A stretch of 64,000 bases of DNA from Methanolinea sp. (GTDB lineage: Archaea > Halobacteriota > Methanomicrobia > Methanomicrobiales > Methanospirillaceae), in the NCBI GenBank assembly GCA_018263335.1, contig JADFCY010000002.1, forward strand, positions 36,249-100,248, in the 5' to 3' direction. Numbering within the stretch: position 1 is the first letter of the stretch; every line of letters starts with the position of its first letter. Position numbers and translations under genes: made by a program. The notes under the pieces were generated by a model, which did not search any database, had not been told where the DNA came from, and was given only the letters and a program-made list of their open reading frames with translations. Positions 56,829 through 64,000 of the stretch are shown here, piece after piece.

Positions 56829-57061
56829 CGATCGACCACGATATAATCCTTGATATCCTTTACTGCCTCGAATGGGATGTACAGCCGGTCCCCCTCGGTC
56901 CGGTATCCGGATGTGTCAAAAGAGGGATCAGGATAGATGACAAGGTCCACCACCTGGCCGGTCTCAAAATCAACCACCAGGTTCTTCAAGGTTCCAATTA
57001 CCTTCCCCTCGTTCGTGACGATCTTCTTCTTTGAGAGACTTCGGGCCAGGACTCGTGACAT
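56810..57061 (-). CDS. PRC-barrel domain protein
   Basis: The start is taken at ATG 57061 because a TTTATATAT box (57086-57094) lies about 29 nt upstream, implying a leaderless mRNA. PRC-barrel pattern (KKIVTNEGKVIGTLKNLVVDFETGQV). Confidence 0.68.
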   Translation of the reverse strand: MSRVLARSLSKKKIVTNEGKVIGTLKNLVVDFETGQVVDLVIYPDPSFDTSGYRTEGDRLYIPFEAVKDIKDYIVVDRYLSRK

Positions 57062-57085
57062 GAAAAATGGTGTAACCCTATTCAT

Positions 57086-57094
57086 ATATAAATA
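57086..57094 (-). promoter_or_regulatory. TATA box for the PRC-barrel gene
   Basis: The minus strand reads TTTATATAT, centred about 29 nt upstream of ATG 57061. Confidence 0.35.
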
Positions 57095-57192
57095 TGTTTA
57101 AAATCGCCGGATTGGTCCCTATTTTGATGCCAGTTATGTACACCAGTGGAATTTGTTCCCATCACATTGTTCGGATGACCTGCAACCGCACT

Positions 57193-58071
57193 CTAGAGAG
57201 ACGGGAATACCTTGATAATGTCCGACTGCGTGAGGATTCCGGCCGGACGCCCCTCCTCCATCACGATGAGCCGCCCGATATCCCGCTCCTTGAAGCTCCT
57301 GATCACCTCGAAGAGCTGGACCGAAGACGGGGCGATGACCACATCGGAGGTCATGATGGCAGAGACGGGGGAGTCCATGGAAAGGTTCCTCTCGATTGCA
57401 TTTGCCACGTCGCTCATCGTGACAATCCCAAGCAGCCTGTCCCCTTCGATGACCGGCGCACCCCTGATATGGTGAGAATTGAAGAGATGGAGTGCGTTTT
57501 TCAGTGTGTCAGTTCTCTGCAGCGAGATGAGAGGGGTGCTCATGTAGTATCGAATCGGTTTTTTTGGAAGTGAGATCATCTCGAAGATGGAGATGAGCAG
57601 AGTCTGGGATACCTCATCCCTCCCGTACACCTCGCCGCGGATCAGCAGCTTGTTCACCGGCGTCGGGCCGATGGTGATCTGGTCCCCGATCTCAAACACC
57701 TTCACCGAGCCTATCAGCTTCGCATTCGCCTGGCAGATGTCAGGGTGGCAGAGGGTGGTGAACGCGATCTCCACAACCTTTACGCCCTGGACCACCTCAC
57801 CGTTCCTGGCAATCCTGACATCGTATTCTTTCCCTGATATGTCCAGGTTCAGCGCCCGGTATGCCTGGGCCGTTGGATTGTATCCCCCCTTCGGCCCGGG
57901 TATCCCGTCCACGAGTCCTATGGCTTTTAACGCCTGCATCTGGTTCCGGACCGTTCCAGGGTTCCTCTTTATCACCTCCGCAATCTCTTCCCCCTTTATC
58001 GGATGAGAATGCTGGTGATACAGCGTAATAAGCGTGATAAGGATGTCTTTCTGGATTAGGGACAAATCCAT
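57193..58071 (-). CDS. winged-helix plus CBS-pair protein (putative ligand-sensing transcriptional regulator)
   Basis: 292 aa. N-terminal wHTH (IKGEEIAEVIKRNPGTVRNQMQALKAIGLV), a central beta-rich domain, and two C-terminal CBS repeats (LLGIVTMSDV, AGILTQSDII). Confidence 0.8.
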   Translation of the reverse strand: MDLSLIQKDILITLITLYHQHSHPIKGEEIAEVIKRNPGTVRNQMQALKAIGLVDGIPGPKGGYNPTAQAYRALNLDISGKEYDVRIARNGEVVQGVKVVEIAFTTLCHPDICQANAKLIGSVKVFEIGDQITIGPTPVNKLLIRGEVYGRDEVSQTLLISIFEMISLPKKPIRYYMSTPLISLQRTDTLKNALHLFNSHHIRGAPVIEGDRLLGIVTMSDVANAIERNLSMDSPVSAIMTSDVVIAPSSVQLFEVIRSFKERDIGRLIVMEEGRPAGILTQSDIIKVFPSL

Positions 58072-58118
58072 AATGGTTTATCATCTGCATGGGCATATAT
58101 AAGTTAGGTTGAACCAGA

Positions 58119-59075
58119 GTGGAATTTGAGACCATTCCCACGGTGCCCACCGCCGACGAGATCCTTGATCGCAGTTTCCGCCGGGCTGCATCGAAGATGA
58201 AACTCAAGAGGAACAAGGACAGGGCGAACGAGGAGTTTGTCCGGGCGGTGAGCCAGGCAATCCATGACAGGCTGGTGAGGATCATCCAATCCTTCCCCGA
58301 TTTTGATGCCGTTCCCACATTCTACAGGGACATCGTTGATATTATGTGGGGCCTGGACCGGGTCAGGAAGGCCCTCGGGGGAGTGGGATGGGCCGCCCGG
58401 TGGGCACGCACCCACGGCCCGGGGCTTGCCTACCAGACAAGGAAGTCTGAAAACCCTTCCCAGATACGAAAGAGAGCGGTGGCAAGGCTCTCCTCTGTCG
58501 TGCACCAGGTGGGAGACGACCTGCTCTTTTTAAACGAAGTCAGGAATGTCATCCGCAAACTCCCCCATGTGAGCGATGAGTTCACCGTGGTCGTGGCAGG
58601 ATACCCGAACGTCGGCAAATCCTCGTTTATAAGGCTGGTGTCAACGGCGACCCCCGAGGTTGCCGCCTACCCTTTCACCACCAAAGGTATCATTGTCGGT
58701 CACCGGGCAGTCGGCAAGGAGAGGATGCAGTTCATCGACACTCCCGGCGTACTTGACCGGCCGACTGAAGAACGGAGCGGGATAGAGCGCCAGGCCCTGA
58801 CGGCAATGGTGAACCTCGCGTCGGTGATCCTTGTCATCATCGATGCAAGCGAGCACTGCGGGTATCCCCTCGAGGACCAGTTCAGGCTTCTCCATGAGAT
58901 CGAGGCGATGGTCCCCGTGCCCGTCCAGGCAGTGGTGAACAAGTCGGATATCGCCTACTTTGACGGCTACATCAACATGTCCACGGAGACGGGCGAAGGC
59001 GTGGGCGAGGTGCTGGAGACGCTGCTTGCCTACCGTAAGAGATCAGAGGAGGAGGGTCAGGCCAAACCCTGCTAA
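58119..59075 (+). CDS. NOG1-family GTP-binding protein
   Basis: 318 aa, GTG start. N-terminal NOG1 region (IPTVPTADEILDRSFRRA). G1 AGYPNVGKSS, G3 DTPG, G4 NKSD. Confidence 0.85.
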   Translation: MEFETIPTVPTADEILDRSFRRAASKMKLKRNKDRANEEFVRAVSQAIHDRLVRIIQSFPDFDAVPTFYRDIVDIMWGLDRVRKALGGVGWAARWARTHGPGLAYQTRKSENPSQIRKRAVARLSSVVHQVGDDLLFLNEVRNVIRKLPHVSDEFTVVVAGYPNVGKSSFIRLVSTATPEVAAYPFTTKGIIVGHRAVGKERMQFIDTPGVLDRPTEERSGIERQALTAMVNLASVILVIIDASEHCGYPLEDQFRLLHEIEAMVPVPVQAVVNKSDIAYFDGYINMSTETGEGVGEVLETLLAYRKRSEEEGQAKPC

Positions 59076-59930
59076 GAAGCCCAGTATTGCTCCGCCGTTG
59101 ATTGGGGGAAGGCCTGCCTGGGGCTTCCCCCGGTTCACAAAGACAAGCAGCAGGGAGAGTCCTGCCACAGAGCCTGCCATCGCACCAAGCGCCGGGATTG
59201 CAAGGGGGCCAATCCTCATCCCTCCAAAAAAGACGTTTGCCGAGACGACGAGAATAGCCGGCATGATCATGTCGCCCATCCCGATAATGAACGCCCCGCG
59301 CTCACCCCCTTCAAGCGGCCCTACTCCCTCCTTCCGGTAACTGTACCCTCTCCTCTTCGGGACCACAAAGAGGATGGGGCTTTTCGTCTCCACCACCCCT
59401 TCTGCAAGCGCGATCATGTGCTTTGTCTTGTAGACTGAGATGGCGTCGTATACTGCGAGAATGATCAGCAGGATGATCACCGGCAGGACCTCAAGTGATA
59501 TCCCAAAGATTGAGGCAGCTCCTGCGGCGATCAGGAGGCCAAGAGTGTCGATGACGTACCACTCCGGGTAGAGGTAGAGGAGGAGCGTGGCAAGTACTGC
59601 AGGCACAAAACTGCCTGCAATTCCTGCGACGGGGTCGGTGGTCAGAGCATAGGATATCGACCCGAAAATATAGACGAAGGTGAAGAAAATTGAGACGGCA
59701 ATGATAATTGAGATGACGCGGCGCAATTTGAACCTGATCAGCAGGAGGAGGAATGCGGTAAACACGAGGAGTATCGCGATGAATATGAGGGGATTTGCAA
59801 CAGATGACGGGTCCTCGAACGCCGCAAGGCCTGCCTCCTGCATGGGGAGGGAGAGCAATATTGCCCCGATCTCCACGATGACAAGCATTGCAGGCATTGC
59901 AAGCAGGGGAATATGGCGGAAGAGATTCAT
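59043..59930 (-). CDS. presenilin / signal-peptide-peptidase-like intramembrane aspartyl protease (archaeal PSH, peptidase A22)
   Basis: Polytopic membrane protein. YD motif (LAVYDAISVY), GxGD motif (GMGDMIMP) and a PAL-like motif (IPALGAM). Start taken at MNLFRHIPLL (59930) within ORF 59043..59966. Confidence 0.88.
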   Translation of the reverse strand: MNLFRHIPLLAMPAMLVIVEIGAILLSLPMQEAGLAAFEDPSSVANPLIFIAILLVFTAFLLLLIRFKLRRVISIIIAVSIFFTFVYIFGSISYALTTDPVAGIAGSFVPAVLATLLLYLYPEWYVIDTLGLLIAAGAASIFGISLEVLPVIILLIILAVYDAISVYKTKHMIALAEGVVETKSPILFVVPKRRGYSYRKEGVGPLEGGERGAFIIGMGDMIMPAILVVSANVFFGGMRIGPLAIPALGAMAGSVAGLSLLLVFVNRGKPQAGLPPINGGAILGFLAGFGLTLLL

Positions 59931-59987
59931 CCAGTGATCACCATAAACGGGGGTAGTTTTATGCATTGGTGTTCATCATGTAAAATC

Positions 59988-60302
59988 ATGGATATTCGTG
60001 AATTCCTGGGGGATCTTCTCCTTCTTCTCATCCTGGTGATCTCCACCCTGGTCCTGGTATTTAATCTGAACTTTGACCTTATCAAATCGTTTGCCGCTGC
60101 CCTCATGATGCTCTCACTCGGAGGGCTCATCTTCCTCGTACACTGGAAAGTGAGGCTGATCGAAAAGAGCCTCGCAAAAAGGGAGCGGATGATCAGGATG
60201 AACATGGAGGAGATCGCTTCCAAGATGGCACAGAAATACGACACCCACATCTCGCATATCGACAGCGTGGTGGAAGAGTTTGCAAAAAGGGTCTACCGTT
60301 GA
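59988..60302 (+). CDS. small membrane protein with a C-terminal helical tail (hypothetical)
   Basis: ATG at 59988 within ORF 59913..60302. Two TM helices (LLLLLILVISTLVLVF, LMMLSLGGLIFLV), then a charged region. Confidence 0.45.
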   Translation: MDIREFLGDLLLLLILVISTLVLVFNLNFDLIKSFAAALMMLSLGGLIFLVHWKVRLIEKSLAKRERMIRMNMEEIASKMAQKYDTHISHIDSVVEEFAKRVYR

Positions 60303-60330
60303 CCTCTGATCCCACACGGAGTGCCTCTTC

Positions 60331-61335
60331 ATGGGCGTAGCATTCCGAGATATCCTGACCGAGTTCAGGGATACCGTCGGGTGGGAGGCTCTTGCAGGAG
60401 TTGCCGCCGTAGACGCCCATAACGCCCTGTACCAGTTCCTGAGCATCATCAGGCAGCCCGACGGGACGCCCTTGATGGACCAGGAGGGGCGAACCACCTC
60501 TCATCTCTCGGGCATCCTCTTCCGGACCGCCAATTTCCTCGAGAAAGGCATCCGGCCTGTCTGGGTCTTTGATGGGACACCTCCTGACTTCAAACAGGAG
60601 ACGATCGAGGTCCGTCGCGCCATAAGGGACCGGGCTGGGGAGAGGTGGCAGGACGCACTGGAGAGAGGAGACATCGCGGAAGCCTACAAACAGGCACGTT
60701 CGTCATCAAGGATTGACGAGAACGTGATCGGGACCAGCCAGGAACTCCTCTCCCTCCTCGGGATCCCCTGCGTCCAGGCACCGAGCGAGGGCGAGGCGCA
60801 GGCAGCCCACATGGTTGAGAAGGGTGATGCAGGGTACGTGGTCTCCCAGGACTACGACACCCTCCTCTTCGGGGCACCGGTTCTTGTGAGGAACCTGGCG
60901 GTCAGCGGGAAACGGAAAGTGAGGGGGCGGACGATCTCCGTGTACCCCGAGAGGATCCTCTTGTCGGATGTGCTCAAAGGTCTCGCACTTACCCGCAGCG
61001 ATCTCGTCCGGGTTGCGCTCCTTGTCGGCACGGATTTCAATTCAGGGATCAAAGGTGTCGGTGCGAAGACCGCGCTCAGGATGGTTCAGAGAGGGGAGTT
61101 TGAGCAGACCATGAGAGAGCGACTCCCGGATACGGAGTGGGAGGCAATCATGGAGTTCTTCCTGGCTCCTCCTGCAACGGACAGCTACTCGCTCCATTGG
61201 AATGCCCCAGACAGGGAGGGGATCATTCGCATGCTCTGTGACAGGTTCGATTTCTCGCAGGAACGCATCCAGAAAGCCCTGGACAGCATGGGTGCAAAGG
61301 CGGGGCAAAAGACCCTCGATTCCTGGTTCTCCTGA
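60331..61335 (+). CDS. fen: flap endonuclease 1
   Basis: 334 aa. Motifs AVDAHNALYQFLS, VWVFDG, APSEGEAQAA, SQDYDTLLFG and the C-terminal PCNA-box-like QKTLDSWF. Confidence 0.93.
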   Translation: MGVAFRDILTEFRDTVGWEALAGVAAVDAHNALYQFLSIIRQPDGTPLMDQEGRTTSHLSGILFRTANFLEKGIRPVWVFDGTPPDFKQETIEVRRAIRDRAGERWQDALERGDIAEAYKQARSSSRIDENVIGTSQELLSLLGIPCVQAPSEGEAQAAHMVEKGDAGYVVSQDYDTLLFGAPVLVRNLAVSGKRKVRGRTISVYPERILLSDVLKGLALTRSDLVRVALLVGTDFNSGIKGVGAKTALRMVQRGEFEQTMRERLPDTEWEAIMEFFLAPPATDSYSLHWNAPDREGIIRMLCDRFDFSQERIQKALDSMGAKAGQKTLDSWFS

Positions 61336-61437
61336 AATTTTCCAAAAAAGTCATTTTCTCGTCCAGGGACCGTTGTTCACTGCACCAATGCCAGTGTTCA
61401 GGATTCCCTGCCACCAGTCATTTCGGGCCGACTCCCC

Positions 61438-62034
61438 TCATGGCATCTGCCTCCAGACATACATGAATCTCTGGGCAGCGGTGATGTGCCCCATCACCCC
61501 GAATACCAGGAGAAGCCAGCCCAGTATGGAGAGGCCGTAGAATGGGGACGGGAAGGCAAGGGTGAGGAGCCCTGCGCAGATGATGAGCACAAGCCGGTCT
61601 GCCCGTCCAAGCACGCCACCGTAATACCTTCCCACACCCACTGCCTGAGCCTGTGTTCCGAGGTAGGACGACATCAGCACTCCCGTGAGTGCCAGCACTC
61701 CCACGGGCCAGCTCGCAAAACCTCCGGCAAATATCCCGGTTATGATGAAGATATCTGCATACCTGTCAATTACGTGGTCGAGGAGATCCCCCTTGATGCT
61801 CTGGATGTTCTCGGAGCGGGCGAGGGCGCCATCGAGTCCATCAAGGAGGGCATTGAGTGCCACGAAGAGAGTCCCTGCGAGCACATTACCAAAAAAGAAG
61901 AAGACCCCCGCAACGGCGGCGGTACACAGGGCCCCCACAGAGAGATTGTTCGGCGAGAGGCCGATCTTTTTCGCAAGCGAGATGAATGGGGCCATGATCT
62001 CGTTCATGTGGGGGCGGAGGACCTCGAGCGTCAT
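61438..62034 (-). CDS. CDP-alcohol phosphatidyltransferase family protein (archaeal phospholipid synthase)
   Basis: 198 aa membrane protein with the DGx2ARx8Gx3Dx3D motif (LDGLDGALARSENIQSIKGDLLDHVIDRYAD). Confidence 0.85.
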   Translation of the reverse strand: MTLEVLRPHMNEIMAPFISLAKKIGLSPNNLSVGALCTAAVAGVFFFFGNVLAGTLFVALNALLDGLDGALARSENIQSIKGDLLDHVIDRYADIFIITGIFAGGFASWPVGVLALTGVLMSSYLGTQAQAVGVGRYYGGVLGRADRLVLIICAGLLTLAFPSPFYGLSILGWLLLVFGVMGHITAAQRFMYVWRQMP

Positions 62035-62543
62035 ACCTCCTCCCCAAGATACCCTGACCAGTCAATATTCCCAAACGAGGGCGGAATCTTCCCCATTGAG
62101 AACTCTTCTATCAACCTGGCACACTCCCCAAAGTCGCGCTCTGTCGTGTCGATCTCAAGCACCTGGTCACCCCGGAACTCCTCCAGGGTCTCTATGAGTG
62201 CAACATCGAGTGCCTCGGCTTCCACATTCTCACGCACTTTTGCGTCAGGATAGCCTCGTGCCCGGAGGCGCCCGGCCAGCACGTCGGGCCGGCACCTCAG
62301 CACGACGATGAGGTCGCAGGGGAGGAGGTGGGCAAGATGCCCCTCCACGAAACCTTCGACTCTTGGGAATTCCCTGGCCCAGGACTCCTCGTCGATTACA
62401 AGCGTGTCCCTTGCCTCGTCCCTCTCAATGATGTAGGGCGTGGTTGTAGTGGCAAGCGCAGTGACCGGATGGCCCAGTGCACGAAGCTCGTGTGCGACCG
62501 TCGTTTTCCCTGTTCCCGGGGTGCCGGTGATCCCGATCATCAT
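62031..62543 (-). CDS. AK6/Fap7-like adenylate kinase (putative)
   Basis: ATG at 62543 within ORF 62031..62753. 170 aa, P-loop ITGTPGTGKTT. ATGA overlaps with both neighbouring genes. Confidence 0.78.
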   Translation of the reverse strand: MMIGITGTPGTGKTTVAHELRALGHPVTALATTTTPYIIERDEARDTLVIDEESWAREFPRVEGFVEGHLAHLLPCDLIVVLRCRPDVLAGRLRARGYPDAKVRENVEAEALDVALIETLEEFRGDQVLEIDTTERDFGECARLIEEFSMGKIPPSFGNIDWSGYLGEEV

Positions 62544-63619
62544 AAGGCGTTGATCACGTCCAGGAAGAGTGCATTCTCCCATTCTTCCCCAATACTCACC
62601 CTGATGTAGTGTGGTCCAAGGCCGGGGAAGCTCTCGCACGACCTGACCAGGACACCGTGCTCCAAGAGACGGTCGGCCATCTCCCTCCCCGTCAATGGGG
62701 AGACATCCACCATCACGAAATTCGCACCTGAGGGAAATACGGGGTACCGGCATTCCTCGATGACCTTTTTTCGAAGATCCCTTACACGCGCCACCGTCTC
62801 AGGGACGTGCTCCCGGTCACCAAGGGCGCCGATGGCGGCGGCTGCAGAGACGGAATTGAGAGCAAACGGCGTCGCGGCGCGCATGTAGCAGGAGACCAGC
62901 CATTCGGGCACGAACGCATATCCTATCCGAAGTCCCGCGAGCGAGAAGGCTTTCGAGAAGGTCCGCCCCAGGACAAGGTTTTCGTGCTTCTTCATCAGGG
63001 GGCGGTAATCCGTGTCACAGAACTCCACATACGCGTTGTCAAGGAAGAGCATGCCGGAGATCGAAGTGAGGATCTCCTCGACATCTTCGAGGCTGGTCAC
63101 GTTCCCCGTGGGGTTGTTCGGCGTGCAGAGAAAGGAGAGCTTCGCGTCCTTCGCCCCGCGGATAAATGAGGTGGTGTCCACTGAAAAGTCGGAATTCCTC
63201 GGGATATTCACCACTTCGGCACCCTGCGCGATCGCGGCAAGGCCATAGAAGGAGAACGTGGGCGTCGAGACCGCAACACGTTCTCCAGGGCACACCAGTG
63301 TGCGTATCACCGTCTCGATGACGCCGTCCATGCCAACCCCGGTCACGAAATGGTACGGGCCGTGGTATTCCCGCAGGGCTTCGACAAGATCGCCCGTCCT
63401 TTCATCCGGATACCGGTTTCCCTCCCGCAGCGCCCGGCAGCCCATCTCAACCGCACGGGGGGATGGCGGCCGGGGGTTTTCGTTGCTCGCGAGCCGGGCG
63501 ACCCTGCAGGTCTCTTTACCCTCTCCTGCACTCCCCGCACGCCTGGCAAATACGTAGCCACCGGAGCGGTAACAATCCCGCACGAGTGAGGTGTAGCCAA
63601 AACCACTCTCTTTTGCCAT
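62540..63619 (-). CDS. hisC: histidinol-phosphate aminotransferase
   Basis: 359 aa. Motifs LASNENP, CTPNNPTG and the PLP lysine in TFSKAFSLAGLRIGY. Confidence 0.9.
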   Translation of the reverse strand: MAKESGFGYTSLVRDCYRSGGYVFARRAGSAGEGKETCRVARLASNENPRPPSPRAVEMGCRALREGNRYPDERTGDLVEALREYHGPYHFVTGVGMDGVIETVIRTLVCPGERVAVSTPTFSFYGLAAIAQGAEVVNIPRNSDFSVDTTSFIRGAKDAKLSFLCTPNNPTGNVTSLEDVEEILTSISGMLFLDNAYVEFCDTDYRPLMKKHENLVLGRTFSKAFSLAGLRIGYAFVPEWLVSCYMRAATPFALNSVSAAAAIGALGDREHVPETVARVRDLRKKVIEECRYPVFPSGANFVMVDVSPLTGREMADRLLEHGVLVRSCESFPGLGPHYIRVSIGEEWENALFLDVINAL

Positions 63620-63819
63620 TCTCCCCCTTCTGTAAGTGCTTCCAGTATAAGCTCTTCACTCTTAATAATGGCGTTGCAAAATGCGGGCGGAGCGGGATGA
63701 ATTGAAGGGAATAATCTGCCCCCGCGACCTGGCACTCGTACCCCTGATGGAATCCGGGGTGCAGGAACCGAACTCTTTTATAGGGCAATCAGATACATGT
63801 GGATCAGGGGTTGCGGAAC

Positions 63820-64000
63820 ATGGAACCAAAAAGGCTCTATACATTGCCGGCACTGCCCTACGACTACAAGGCACTCTCTCCCCATATCTCGGAGGAGCAG
63901 CTTCGCATCCATCATACCAAGCACCACCAGGGCTACGTGAACGGCGCAAACGCCATATACGAAAAACTCGACAAGGCGAGGAAGGAGGGGACCGACCTCG
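63820..64000 (+). CDS. sod: Fe/Mn superoxide dismutase (5' part, runs off the window)
   Basis: Not in the ORF track because it is open-ended. The ATG at 63820 gives [44 protein letters not shown], the canonical Fe/Mn-SOD N-terminus. A TTTTATAG box lies about 40 nt upstream. Confidence 0.88.
   Translation, partial: MEPKRLYTLPALPYDYKALSPHISEEQLRIHHTKHHQGYVNGANAIYEKLDKARKEGTDL

Noticed and set aside
1-64000. CRISPR arrays, rRNA genes, IS elements, transposases, integrases and inteins.
   Set aside because: No regularly spaced direct repeats in any ORF-free gap (the largest gaps are about 300-480 bp). No ORF has transposase, integrase or Cas motifs. RadA, MutS and the other large proteins are of normal length and colinear.

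Overview
High-GC archaeal chromosome segment. The gene content points to a methanogen of the Methanomicrobiales type: a tetrapyrrole/cobamide gene set, a presenilin-like protease, RadA/RPA/FEN1, an archaeal phosphoglycolate phosphatase, NOG1 and a DapL-type lysine pathway. Coding density is high, with about 65 protein genes plus one tRNA-Gly(GCC). Many neighbouring genes share 4-nt ATGA start/stop overlaps.

Main blocks, in order:
- A Liv-type ABC importer with two paralogous binding proteins (1.7-8.0 kb).
- An orphan CHASE4-like sensor kinase and lipobox proteins (8-11.5 kb).
- tRNA-Gly (11.9 kb).
- A sirC-hemA-hemB-hemL-hemC-cobA operon (12.2-17.9 kb).
- A small AT-richer accessory patch holding a decayed PepSY-like pseudogene and a vapBC toxin-antitoxin pair (17.9-20.0 kb).
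- An anaerobic cobalamin cluster, cbiT-L-F-G-H-C-D-E (20.0-25.8 kb).
- A minus-strand DNA-repair run: MutY-like glycosylase, class II photolyase, mutL, mutS (26.1-33.4 kb).
- Mixed housekeeping and redox genes: YyaL-like thioredoxin-domain protein, HAD hydrolase, SRAP, Isf-like flavoprotein, DUF2284, KamA-family radical SAM enzyme, SagB-like nitroreductase, membrane beta-lactamase-family hydrolase, GdhA, two-subunit 2-oxoacid:ferredoxin oxidoreductase, FdhD, CutA.
- dapL-lysA, RPA-radA, phosphoglycolate phosphatase, PRC-barrel, CBS regulator, NOG1 GTPase, presenilin homologue, FEN1, CDP-alcohol phosphatidyltransferase, AK6-like kinase, hisC, and the 5' end of a Fe/Mn superoxide dismutase.

I saw no CRISPR array, rRNA, transposase or integrase, and I did not find a clear-cut novel multi-gene system. 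The items most worth follow-up are:
- a MutY-like glycosylase with no Fe-S cysteines, a Glu in place of the catalytic Asp, and a C-terminal winged-helix tail;
- a KamA-family aminomutase whose lysine-binding Asp residues are replaced by Arg and Ser;
- a small methanogen-type gene pair whose first gene seems to need a non-canonical ATC start;
- the decayed accessory patch between the hem and cbi operons.

All calls rest on reading the supplied ORF translations and the DNA by eye. No searches or computations were run.
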